A stretch of DNA of 64,000 bases from Myxococcales bacterium (lineage in GTDB: Bacteria; Myxococcota_A; Polyangia; Polyangiales; Houyiibacteriaceae), in NCBI GenBank assembly GCA_029863605.1, contig JAOTVB010000001.1, positions 160,187 to 224,186 on the forward strand. The letters run 5' to 3'. Positions 36,684 to 45,165 of this stretch are shown one piece after another (position 1 is the stretch's first letter; each line of letters starts with the position of its first letter). The translations under genes were made by a program, and so were the position numbers. The notes under the pieces were generated by a model. That model worked only from the letters and a program-made list of their open reading frames with translations. It searched no databases and had not been told where the DNA came from.

Positions 36684-36702
36684 GCTACTGGTTCCCGATA
36701 TC
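36684..36702. repeat. 19-bp exact copy of the 3' end (last 5 codons + stop) of the gene at 39398..40861
   Basis: GCTACTGGTTCCCGATATC is identical at 36684-36702 and 39397-39415. Confidence 0.6.
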
Positions 36703-36738
36703 ACTCATGAGGGGTTCTGCGGAATTCAGTAGCTGAGT

Positions 36739-36915
36739 GAGCCAGGCTGGGTGCGCGGCGTGGAAGCGGTCGAAGTCTACCCCGCCGGCACCCTGGCGAG
36801 CCGCAAGCTCCCGTACTCGGGCTACACAGGCGCAGGCTCCAAGGTCACTGTTCCCGAAGACCTCGAGCTCGCCGAGCGCGAGGGATGGATTTGGGTGCAG
36901 GGGATAGGGCGGTAA
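36739..36915 (+). pseudogene. truncated, internally deleted copy of the DUF429 gene 3' end
   Basis: 36739-36850 matches 35298-35409 (112 nt, 4 mismatches). 36852-36915 matches 35558-35621 (64 nt, 3 mismatches, including the stop). The missing 147 nt equal 49 codons, so the frame is kept. There is no start codon, and a TAG lies 9 nt upstream. Confidence 0.8.
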
Positions 36916-36928
36916 CGGGGCTCCCGGG

Positions 36929-37720
36929 TTACGGAAGTCCCCACGAGTGCCGGAGTGCGTCGTATTCGCGTTGCGGGAGAGCGACGAGAACGGCAGCGTT
37001 GGGCCGTAGCCAGCGGGCGAAGGTTTCGAGTGTGTCCATCGGCATGGCGATGCATCCAGTCATGCCGCTGTCAGGGCCCCTCCACACGTGAATGAAAATG
37101 CAGCTCCCCGCCCCGGGCTCGGTTGCCTGGGTGTTGTGCTCGACGACGATCGCGATCGAGTAAAGATCGTCTCGGCGACGCATATGCTCGGCGCTCCGCC
37201 AATCGCGGGCGGTGCTCGCGGTCGACACGATGCGGTTGTAATGACGTGACTTCGGGTCGTCGACGCACCGGAGCTCCGGGGTCGCTTGGACATAAGGGAG
37301 AGACACACCATCCCGCGCAGCCTCGTAACCATAAACCGGGCCGATCTCAAAAATGCCAGCCGGCGAGCGACCGTCCCCCTCGCGCTTCACCGGTCCCGGC
37401 CGCTCCGCCGGCGGCCCACCTCCGTGGAGCCCCCGCCCCCAGCCATACCCTTCGCGCCCGATCACCGCGTCGATCGGCGGCCCAACCGACTCCCACGCCT
37501 GACCCGGCAACCGCTCATAGCGCCGAAGCACGACCCGAAACCGATCCCAATCGTCCGACAGGACCGTCACCACCTGGGTCTTCCGTGGATCGATCGGCGC
37601 GTTCACTTCGGCAGCTGGCTTCGACGCGGTGGCCGGCAGCGTTTCACCGCGACACCCGCTCCACGAGAAAGCGAAGACGAGCAGCACCAGCACCCAACAA
37701 CGCCAGATCTCCTTCGGCAT
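36929..37720 (-). CDS. L,D-transpeptidase (YkuD-like) lipoprotein
   Basis: The real part of ORF 36929..39226 starts at ATG 37720: MPKEIWRCWVLVLLVFAFSWSGC. The catalytic region is GSCIFIHVW…MTGCIAM (His…Cys). Confidence 0.85.
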   Translation of the reverse strand: MPKEIWRCWVLVLLVFAFSWSGCRGETLPATASKPAAEVNAPIDPRKTQVVTVLSDDWDRFRVVLRRYERLPGQAWESVGPPIDAVIGREGYGWGRGLHGGGPPAERPGPVKREGDGRSPAGIFEIGPVYGYEAARDGVSLPYVQATPELRCVDDPKSRHYNRIVSTASTARDWRSAEHMRRRDDLYSIAIVVEHNTQATEPGAGSCIFIHVWRGPDSGMTGCIAMPMDTLETFARWLRPNAAVLVALPQREYDALRHSWGLP

Positions 37721-37725
37721 CTCGG

Positions 37726-39303
37726 TCACCACCACCAGACGACCACCGCGAGGGTGATGATGAGAAGCAGGACCGCTTGCAGTCTGTAATCTTGTCTCCA
37801 AGGGTGCCCTGCTGGGACCGCCGCGTCTTCTCGGCGCCAGAGGTGGCCTTCGACCTCGCGTGCTGGTGGTGCCGGCGTCAGCGAGCTCACCCCGACCACC
37901 AAGGCGAGCCCGACTACGAACATCACCACGGCTGCGTACAAGTACTGAAGCTCGATCAGGCCGAGCCATTCGACGATGCCCCAGCCAATGACACCGAGCG
38001 GAACCCCCACTGCAAGACCTGCAAGCGCACCAGCGGCATTGGCACGGCCCCAGAACAGACCGAGCAAGAACACGGCAACCACCGGAGGCGTCAAATACGA
38101 AAGGATCGACTGCAGGTACTGCCAGAGCGTCGGAAAGCGAGAGATCTGAGGCGTCCAAAGCACGGCGAACACCATGAACACCAGGGTTGCGCCGCGTCCC
38201 CAGCGCGCCAACCGTTGGGTGCTCAGGTCGGGCCGGGCGGACTTCACGAAGTCCATGGTGAAGAGGGTGGACGCAGAGTGAAGGATGGCCTCCAAACTCG
38301 AGAGCATCGCGGCGGTGAGGACGGCCAGCATGAACCCACGAAGCCCGAACGGCAGCAGGTCGAACGCCAGCATCGGAAAGACCAGGTCCGGGTTGTCGAG
38401 ATCGGGGTACAGCACGGTCGCAAAAACACCAGGCAGGATCAAAATGAAGAGGTTTGGCAATTTCAGCAGCCCCGCGAACAGGGCGCCCCAACGGCCATCG
38501 TCCAACGTTTGCGCACCGAGCGCGCGCTGAATGATGAACTGGTTGGTGCACCAGAAGTACATGCCCACGAGGAAGACTCCCGCAAGCCCGGGCCACGGCA
38601 TCACCGGGTCGTCCGCTGGTTGCGCGAGGCTCAGCGCGCCCGGTGGCGCCGCTTCGACGACGGCATCCCACGACGGAACGGCCTGCCAGGCGAGCACCGA
38701 GATCACGATGCCGCCCGCCAAAATCAAAACGGCCTGCAGCGCGTCGTTGGCCACCACCGCGCCCAAGCCGCCAAACGCGATGTACACCCCTGCGGCCAGC
38801 GCGGCGACGGTGATGGTGATCCAGATCGACATCCCCGGAAGCAACGTCTTGAGCACCATCGCTCCCGCGTAGAGCGAGCCGGGCGCATCGACCAACATGC
38901 TCGTCAGCAACAGCATCGCCGAAAACGCAAGGCGCGGTGCACGTCCGAACCGCTCCTCGAGATATTGCGGTGCCGTGTAGATGCGCGCGCGCAAGAACAC
39001 CGGCAGGAAAAACGTCGCAAAGAGCACCAGCAGCACCGCCGGCATCCATTCGTAGTGAAAGACGCTGATCCCGCTGTGGTATCCCGCGCCCGGCAGCCCG
39101 ACGAAGCTGCTGCCTCCCATGTTGGCGACGTAAAACGAAAGCCCGATGATCGGCCAACGCATGCGGTGCCCCGCAAGGAAGAACCCCTCGGCACCCTCTC
39201 CACGCGTCCGTCTCGCGAAGAACCACCCGAACGCGACGCGCGTGATCACGACGTAGCCGATCAGGATCGCCAGATCCCAGGCGGAGATCTCTAGCTGAGG
39301 CAT
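37726..39303 (-). CDS. sodium:solute symporter (SSS) family transporter
   Basis: 525 aa with about 13 TM helices. …GFFLAGHRMRWPIIGLSFYVANMGGSSFVGLPGAGY… is typical of the SSS/SGLT family. Its stop is 5 nt before the L,D-transpeptidase start. Confidence 0.9.
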   Translation of the reverse strand: MPQLEISAWDLAILIGYVVITRVAFGWFFARRTRGEGAEGFFLAGHRMRWPIIGLSFYVANMGGSSFVGLPGAGYHSGISVFHYEWMPAVLLVLFATFFLPVFLRARIYTAPQYLEERFGRAPRLAFSAMLLLTSMLVDAPGSLYAGAMVLKTLLPGMSIWITITVAALAAGVYIAFGGLGAVVANDALQAVLILAGGIVISVLAWQAVPSWDAVVEAAPPGALSLAQPADDPVMPWPGLAGVFLVGMYFWCTNQFIIQRALGAQTLDDGRWGALFAGLLKLPNLFILILPGVFATVLYPDLDNPDLVFPMLAFDLLPFGLRGFMLAVLTAAMLSSLEAILHSASTLFTMDFVKSARPDLSTQRLARWGRGATLVFMVFAVLWTPQISRFPTLWQYLQSILSYLTPPVVAVFLLGLFWGRANAAGALAGLAVGVPLGVIGWGIVEWLGLIELQYLYAAVVMFVVGLALVVGVSSLTPAPPAREVEGHLWRREDAAVPAGHPWRQDYRLQAVLLLIITLAVVVWWW

Positions 39304-39397
39304 GCGCCTTTCATCAGACCGATCGCGCCTGCGAGTCTAGGCCGAAGCATGATCGGTCGCAATCACGGTGCATTGGCAACAGGCCCCGCGGCCTACG

Positions 39398-40861
39398 CTA
39401 CTGGTTCCCGATATCCGAGGCTTCCGCTGCCGCGATGATCAATGCCGCGTCTACCGGCAAAATGAAGCCCGCCTCGACCGCGCTTTGCGTCGAGCTGGTG
39501 ACCGCACCGAGATACGCTTGGCGGGTCGGATAGAGCTCGGCCAGCTGCGTTTCATCAAACAGCCGCGTGGTCCCGAAAATCCGACAGAAGCCCTCACCAG
39601 TCTGGCCAAGCCCCGACAACACCGCCACGGGAGCATCGACGTAGGGTGTGCGGATGCCGCCGAGGACGTTCCCCAACTCGTCGAGCTGGAACGCGTCTCC
39701 ATCCGCGGTCACCGAGAGCCGCGGGGCTTCAGGTAGGGGCGTGCCCGTAGCGATCCACTCTACCAATCCGTGGAGGCCCGCCTTGAGCACCCAGTGCTGC
39801 GGGCCCGAATTGATCGGCAGCTCGCACTGGATGGGCGCTGGGTTATCGTTTTCAACGACGTCGGCCACGGATGGATCATCGCCAAGATCACTGTTGCTGG
39901 TGATCAGCGTGTAGACATCGGCATGCGCCGTGCCTGCCACTTCCCAGAGTCGAAACATCGCCGAGTCGGGTTGATTGCTGGGCAGCGAATTCAAAAGGAG
40001 CAGGTCGGACTCGGTTTGGAACATGAGGACCGGCTGCTCCAGATCGTCGCGGACGCGCACGATCTCTGGTGTCGTCACTTCGGCCTGCGGGCTTTGCGAC
40101 ACCCGAGGGCTGCCGCCGCCCCGGCTATGGATCAGGTACCCATCGAAGACTCGGTAGCGAGGTGCGAACGCGTTCACGTAGGTCACCAATCGCCCGGCCG
40201 ATTGGGATTCGCCGATCGCGATCACCTGTTCTGCTATGAGCCCCTCGAGCGGGTCGATGCCCACCGGGCTTCTCACCGCCTGCGCAATCTGCGAGTAAAT
40301 CTCATAGGAGAAACTGTCGCCCGGGTGGGAGAGCGAACCATAGCGTTCCGGGTCCACTATCTTGAGACCCAACGGGAAGTTGCCGGAACCCTCGATGCCG
40401 CCAAGCTGCGCCGACACCCCGACCCAAACGTGCCCCTCGCGAAGGACCTCCGTGTGCATCGCGCTCCAGTCCGGCGCCGCATCGAGCCCCCCACTCACAT
40501 TCAGCCATTCGAGAATGACCGTGCCGCTGAACGCATTCGCATCCTGCGGCCGGTACACGAGAATCCGGGTCTTGTAGTCGGCAGTGTCGGCTTCTTGAAC
40601 ACGCCAGCGCCCATCGGAGCTCAGTTGGTTCGCATTGGTGTAGGACACCGCCGTCCCCGAGACGAAATACTCCGACTGCTGAAAACCCACATCACCGAGA
40701 TCGATGTCACGGGTCCCTGCGACAAACGGGACCCCCGGTTCAACAATGGGCCCCTCGACCGTCGCATCGGCCGGCGTTCCCACGACGATGTTTCCGCCGT
40801 CATCGCTACAGCCGACCATGCCAGCCACCAAGCCGCAAAGAATCGAAGCCCGCAACATCAT
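39398..40861 (-). CDS. lipoprotein, alpha/beta-hydrolase-domain-like (Abhydrolase_10-type, tentative)
   Basis: Trimmed to ATG 40861: MMLRASILCGLVAGMVGC. YKTRILVYRPQDANAFSGTVILEWLNVSGGLDAAPDW resembles a conserved hypothetical alpha/beta-hydrolase-domain family (from memory). Confidence 0.65.
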   Translation of the reverse strand: MMLRASILCGLVAGMVGCSDDGGNIVVGTPADATVEGPIVEPGVPFVAGTRDIDLGDVGFQQSEYFVSGTAVSYTNANQLSSDGRWRVQEADTADYKTRILVYRPQDANAFSGTVILEWLNVSGGLDAAPDWSAMHTEVLREGHVWVGVSAQLGGIEGSGNFPLGLKIVDPERYGSLSHPGDSFSYEIYSQIAQAVRSPVGIDPLEGLIAEQVIAIGESQSAGRLVTYVNAFAPRYRVFDGYLIHSRGGGSPRVSQSPQAEVTTPEIVRVRDDLEQPVLMFQTESDLLLLNSLPSNQPDSAMFRLWEVAGTAHADVYTLITSNSDLGDDPSVADVVENDNPAPIQCELPINSGPQHWVLKAGLHGLVEWIATGTPLPEAPRLSVTADGDAFQLDELGNVLGGIRTPYVDAPVAVLSGLGQTGEGFCRIFGTTRLFDETQLAELYPTRQAYLGAVTSSTQSAVEAGFILPVDAALIIAAAEASDIGNQ

Positions 40862-41068
40862 CCCCGGCCGAGCCGCTGTTGGGTGCCAAGTTACGAAGAA
40901 AGGAGGTACCGAATCGAAGTTGTTCATAGTCGATGCTCTCGAATCGAATGAATACCAAGAGACCCGGATATGTTCTCTAGCCACCGGCGCGAGTCAAGAG
41001 CCATGGTCGGCGTGTCGGTCGCCCAAGCGCGGGATCCTTGGTATGAACGGGGGCGAAAGAGGTGATTC

Positions 41069-41908
41069 ATGACTCGATGCTTCTCGATCGCGTGCTTGGC
41101 GCTGTCCTTCACCATCCTCGGCTGTCCGAGCTCGAACGGAGCCGACGGTGCGGGGGGTACCGCAGGGTTCGGGGGGACGGGTGGCCTTGGGGGAGCCGGC
41201 GGCGCGGGCGGGGCCGGTGGAGCGGGCGGACTTGGCTTCACCTCGGTCGCGGAAGTCATCGAATCCGGCCTGAGCTACCGGCTCGCGATTTGCCAATGTC
41301 CGGATTACCTAGCGTTTTCGTCGGAGAATGCGTGCCTTGCCGCTGCCGAGAACCTGCGCTTCTCCGAGCGACAAGTCGACTGCTTCAATGCCCTAGCGGC
41401 CGATGACGAGACGACCCGCAACCAATTCGACTGCCTTCTACAGGCCGATCTCGAAGCCATCGATTGCGTAGAGCGGGTCATCGCCTGCGATCTGGTTTCT
41501 CTCGACACATGCGATGACGCGCGACAGGTCGCGGAAGATGCGTGCCCCGATCCAGACCCTGATGTGATCATGGCGGCCGCCCCGTGTGCCGAGACCACTG
41601 TCGAGGATGCGGTCGACGCTTTTTTCGACGCATTCGCGGCCCGATGCGATTGCTTATCCACCTGCACCCCCGCCGACCTGCCGGGTGCAGACGTTGAGGC
41701 CTGCATGGTCGACATGGTGCGCGATCAGGCGGCGGCCCTCGGTGAGGGTGGTCCCGATGCGCTCGCGTGCGCCGCGCGCGCATCGCGCAGACAGGAAGTT
41801 TGTTTAGGCAACCAAACCAACTGTGACAGCGGCCTCCGCGATTGCCTCCTTGCTGTGACATGCCCATTCGTTCTCAGCGCGGTGTTCGTCGATTGCACGA
41901 TGCCGTAG
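41069..41908 (+). CDS. Gly-rich-linker, Cys-rich lipoprotein
   Basis: MTRCFSIACLALSFTILGC is followed by GADGAGGTAGFGGTGGLGGAGGAGGAGGAGG and then ~20 cysteines in an acidic domain. Confidence 0.7.
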   Translation: MTRCFSIACLALSFTILGCPSSNGADGAGGTAGFGGTGGLGGAGGAGGAGGAGGLGFTSVAEVIESGLSYRLAICQCPDYLAFSSENACLAAAENLRFSERQVDCFNALAADDETTRNQFDCLLQADLEAIDCVERVIACDLVSLDTCDDARQVAEDACPDPDPDVIMAAAPCAETTVEDAVDAFFDAFAARCDCLSTCTPADLPGADVEACMVDMVRDQAAALGEGGPDALACAARASRRQEVCLGNQTNCDSGLRDCLLAVTCPFVLSAVFVDCTMP

Positions 41909-41946
41909 TCTTTGCGCAAGCCGAACTCCTTGCGAAACGAATCGAA

Positions 41947-42675
41947 ATGACCAACCAAACCGCCGATGCATCACCTCTCGCTTACGCAAGAGTCGCGGGG
42001 GCCGCGTACCTCGTCATCACAATCGTTGCGGTGCTTTACGGGGGGCTCGTAGAGTCTAGGCTCATCGAGGCGGGAAACGACGCGGCGACGGCCCACAACA
42101 TCCTGGCCCACGAATCGCTGTTTCGCATCGGCATCGTTCTGGTCCTCATCATCTACGTGAGTGTCGTGGTGGCGTCTTGGGCGCTCTACGTGATCCTGAA
42201 AACGGTCCACGCGAACCTTGCCTTGCTCGGTCTGCTGCTCAGGATGGCGGAGGCGATCGTCGGCGCCACCACGGTGCTCATCAGCTTCGCCGTTTTATTC
42301 GTTCTAGGGGGCGGTTCCTCGAATGTCTTTGAACCGGAACAGTTGCAGGCTTTCGCGGGGCGATTTCTCGATGTGCGGACTGCCGGGCTCGACATCGTCT
42401 TGGTGTTCATCGGCCTCGGCGCGACGATCTTTTGCGTCTTGCTCTTCGAGTCGAGGTACATCCCCAGATTGCTGGCCGCTTGGGGGGTCTTCACGTACCT
42501 GTCGATACTATTGCTCGCGCTGGTAAGCATCCTCTTTCCCAGCCATCCGTTGATGCTCGAAACCGTTCTCTATTCGGTGGGCGCGTTGTTCGAGCTCGTT
42601 TTTGGCCTTTGGCTCGTCTTCAAAGGCATCGACCTCAAGCGATGGGAGAGCTACGCACGGGCACACGCCTCATGA
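41947..42675 (+). CDS. DUF4386 domain-containing membrane protein
   Basis: ATG 41947: MTNQTADASPLAYARVAGAAYLVITIVAVLYGGLVESRLIEAGNDAATAHNI… The DUF4386 pattern with 5-6 TM helices. Confidence 0.75.
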   Translation: MTNQTADASPLAYARVAGAAYLVITIVAVLYGGLVESRLIEAGNDAATAHNILAHESLFRIGIVLVLIIYVSVVVASWALYVILKTVHANLALLGLLLRMAEAIVGATTVLISFAVLFVLGGGSSNVFEPEQLQAFAGRFLDVRTAGLDIVLVFIGLGATIFCVLLFESRYIPRLLAAWGVFTYLSILLLALVSILFPSHPLMLETVLYSVGALFELVFGLWLVFKGIDLKRWESYARAHAS

Positions 42676-43352
42676 ACACCAACGTTGCAAAGCCCGCCAA
42701 GGTGGCGATCATCGGCGCCAGTGGAACCTACGGCGAGGGGATCCTCGCCCGCGCCGAGGAGGTCGGTGTCGAGGCAGTGGTGGTCACCCGCTCGCCGCAC
42801 AAGTTCCAAGACGTGAAGCCGACGACGAAGGTGGTCGAGGCCGAGCTGCACGAGGAGGACAAGTTGAAAGAGGCGTTCACCGGCTGCGATGGCGTCATCT
42901 CTGCGCTCGGCGACGACCGAAAGACGCGTCCGAAGACGCACAACCTCCCGCATGTCTGGAACGCCATGAAGGCGGCCGGCGTGACGAAGTATATCGGCAT
43001 GGGCTCGGGACCGATGATGATGCCCGGCGAGAAGCGTGGGCGTTTCCAGCGCACCATTCACGCCTTGCTGAGCGTTCTAAAACTCTTTGGCGTCGACCTG
43101 CTGGAACAAAACGAGTGGGAGCGCGACAGCCTACTCATGGGCAAAAACGGCGCCGATGGCCTCACCTGGGTGCTCACCCGACCGGTGAGGCCGACCAAGA
43201 CCCCCTTCGTCGGAGCCTACGTGCACAAGGACGAGCGCGGCCCGATGGACTGTTCAATCTACGACCACGGCGACTTCTGCTTGTACTGCGTGGCATCGAA
43301 CGAGTGGAATGAGCTAGCCCCGCACGTCAGCTCCGGGCCGCGCGGCCGCTAG
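42672..43352 (+). CDS. NAD(P)H-binding (NmrA/atypical SDR-like) protein
   Basis: ATGA start/stop overlap with the upstream gene. MNTNVAKPAKVAIIGASGTYGEGIL is a Rossmann GxxGxxG. Confidence 0.8.
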   Translation: MNTNVAKPAKVAIIGASGTYGEGILARAEEVGVEAVVVTRSPHKFQDVKPTTKVVEAELHEEDKLKEAFTGCDGVISALGDDRKTRPKTHNLPHVWNAMKAAGVTKYIGMGSGPMMMPGEKRGRFQRTIHALLSVLKLFGVDLLEQNEWERDSLLMGKNGADGLTWVLTRPVRPTKTPFVGAYVHKDERGPMDCSIYDHGDFCLYCVASNEWNELAPHVSSGPRGR

Positions 43353-43570
43353 CGAACGCCCTCGAATGCCTCGTCTTCCACGAGGCAACCATAGACGACG
43401 CCCTTGCCGCCCGTCTTCAGGTTCGACACCGCGCCCTTGCGCTCATTGAGGATCACGAACCAGCCCTTGGACACGATGCCGTCGCCGCTCTTGACCTTGC
43501 GTGGTGACGAGACTTTGGTGCCCGCCCACGTCGCAGCAAGCCCCTCATTCCCGCGCAGCGCCGGTCCCAC
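43349..43570 (-). CDS. small hypothetical protein
   Basis: 73 codons with a GTG start 6 nt after the upstream stop. Very high GC3. No family recognised. Confidence 0.45.
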   Translation of the reverse strand: MGPALRGNEGLAATWAGTKVSSPRKVKSGDGIVSKGWFVILNERKGAVSNLKTGGKGVVYGCLVEDEAFEGVR

Positions 43571-43576
43571 GCTCGG

Positions 43577-44281
43577 CTAGCAGAGGGTCCAAATGAAGAG
43601 TGTGCGCGGCGCGGAGATCGTCGTGGCTCCGTCGCTGTCGGTGACCTCGAGCACAATGATGTGCTCGGTGCCGGTGCATACGTTGGAGTACAACCGCAGG
43701 ATAGGGTTCGTTCCAGTCCCGAGCAGCTCGGCTTGGATACCAGTCTGGTTCGTCTTCCACTCGAGGGAGGCTCCGGTGAGCGTACCGTCCTCGGCGTCTT
43801 CTCCGAGACCTTCGACCGTCACGTCCTTGTACCAGAGACCCAAGCCGTCATCGAAGCCGTCGTAGACGTAATCGAGGTTGTCGGTCCCGGAATCGCTTGC
43901 GGGGTCGACGATGGTCGCCTCCGGAGGCGTGTTGTCGGTGCCGCCCGTGCCTCCGGTGCCGCCCGTACCGCCCATGCCTGCGGCGCCGCCCGCGCCTGCG
44001 GAGCCGCCCGCGCCACCGCCGCCCTCGCCCACGTCGACACAGGCGATCAACGCCACCGCGGCGACTAGGGCAATCAGGTATTGTCGATTGGGTCTTACAG
44101 TCCGTCCAAATGCCTTCATGCTTGCAAGAGTACCGTCAGCGCACGGCCCAATCAAACATCCGGCGTACGCGGTCAGAAAGGCGAGAGGCACGAGAAGGGG
44201 TTTGCGCATGTCTTGCTGCGTCATGATTCGCTCCATTCGATTTGGTCGTTGTGGTGGTGATTTGGGATTGCGGTCAGTCAT
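43577..44281 (-). CDS. lipoprotein with Gly-rich linker and Ig/PKD-like domain
   Basis: The most convincing start is ATG 44119 (MKAFGRTVRPNRQYLIALVAAVALIAC). Upstream codons have low GC3. The Gly-rich GEGGGGAGGSAGAGGAAGMGGTGGTGGTGG precedes a beta-rich domain (…EHIIVLEVTDSDGATTISAPRTLFI) that resembles the C-terminal modules of the S8 peptidase at 45232. Confidence 0.65.
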   Translation of the reverse strand: MTDRNPKSPPQRPNRMERIMTQQDMRKPLLVPLAFLTAYAGCLIGPCADGTLASMKAFGRTVRPNRQYLIALVAAVALIACVDVGEGGGGAGGSAGAGGAAGMGGTGGTGGTGGTDNTPPEATIVDPASDSGTDNLDYVYDGFDDGLGLWYKDVTVEGLGEDAEDGTLTGASLEWKTNQTGIQAELLGTGTNPILRLYSNVCTGTEHIIVLEVTDSDGATTISAPRTLFIWTLC

Positions 44282-44912
44282 CGTCTGAGACTCCGAACCA
44301 AGGAAAGTCGCCGTTCAAGACGCTGTCGGGGATCTCAGCGATCACGACGGGATCGGTGACATCGATGATTTCCGGTGCCTCGTCCTCGGACCCATCCGCC
44401 GGGCCCGTCTCCTCGGCGCCGCCATCCGCGCCTGGTCCCGGGGGATCATCGATCTCAAAGACCAGCTCCCGATCGGACTCTGGGACGACCCTGGCTCTCA
44501 ACTCTCCGGCTCCGCAAGTGGCGCGAGCTTCCCTGACGGCGTCGGCGCACTCGCCCTCGTCGTCGAACGGCAACGCTGAGCAGCCCAAGGCCGAGTAGCA
44601 ATTGAGGAGGTCTATCCCCGCGGCAGCGCATTCGTCGCCTGCCTCGGCGCCGACCCCGAACGCGGCTATGCAACTATCTACGCAATCGGTGGTGACGTAC
44701 ATTCCGGGGCACGCCCCAATGGCGTCGCAGGACGATTCACACGCGAGCTCGAGCTCTGCCTCGAGTGACGCGCCGGTGCCGCTCTCCGACGGGCCGATCG
44801 CGGTGGGCTCGTCGAGGACGCTGCGCTCATCGACGCTCGGGTCACCGCAGCCGATCGCCGCGAGAATCATGCCTGAGCTGATGAGTGTTCGAAAGATGTT
44901 GTAACGAGTCAT
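44274..44912 (-). CDS. Cys-rich acidic lipoprotein
   Basis: MTRYNIFRTLISSGMILAAIGC. SD aggagag. 14 cysteines in the mature part and a highly acidic tail. Confidence 0.7.
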   Translation of the reverse strand: MTRYNIFRTLISSGMILAAIGCGDPSVDERSVLDEPTAIGPSESGTGASLEAELELACESSCDAIGACPGMYVTTDCVDSCIAAFGVGAEAGDECAAAGIDLLNCYSALGCSALPFDDEGECADAVREARATCGAGELRARVVPESDRELVFEIDDPPGPGADGGAEETGPADGSEDEAPEIIDVTDPVVIAEIPDSVLNGDFPWFGVSDDD

Positions 44913-44949
44913 GGTCTCTCCTGTGGGTTTGGGTTTGAATCCTGCTCAC

Positions 44950-44964
44950 GCACGAGGCGTGCCA
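44950..44964 (-). promoter_or_regulatory. candidate sigma-54 promoter (TGGCAC-N5-GTGC on minus strand)
   Basis: The minus strand reads TGGCAC gcctc GTGC, 38 nt upstream of ATG 44912. It is identical to the 15-mer at 45166-45180 on the plus strand. Confidence 0.55.
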
Positions 44965-45010
44965 CTCACAAAGCTCCGTGATTTCAGGGAGCGCGCCGGT
45001 TGGGACAGAA

Positions 45011-45036
45011 AAATGACGGACTCCCGTCGGTCATTT
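45011..45036. promoter_or_regulatory. 26-bp near-perfect palindrome (possible activator binding site)
   Basis: AAATGACGGAC-tccc-GTCGGTCATTT has 11-bp arms with one mismatch. It sits between the two divergent sigma-54-type promoters. Further TGACG/CGTCA half-sites run to 45091, including TGACGC-atgc-GCGTCA at 45076-45091. Confidence 0.35.
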
Positions 45037-45165
45037 CAGACCGGGCGTCGTCAGGTATCGTCACAGACCCGCGAGTGACGCATGCGCGTCAGAATTCGGC
45101 GGCGCACGTCGGTCGAATCGAGCTCGGAGTTGCGATTACCGCACGGATTTCCCGCCGACGACGGC

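Noticed and set aside
37721-39226. N-terminal 500 aa of the 765-aa minus-strand ORF 36929..39226
   Set aside because: This is an out-of-frame read-through over the SSS transporter gene. Only the part from ATG 37720 (signal peptide, YkuD motifs) looks real.
37123-39294. 723-aa plus-strand ORF
   Set aside because: It is antisense to the well-supported SSS transporter and L,D-transpeptidase genes. The protein is Arg/Pro/Gly-rich low-complexity sequence typical of antisense frames in high-GC DNA, and no domain was recognised.
44925-44950. tRNA-like T-arm string GGTTTGAATCC
   Set aside because: The flanking bases cannot form a T-stem or acceptor stem and no anticodon arm exists. It is part of the 5' leader of the gene at 44912.
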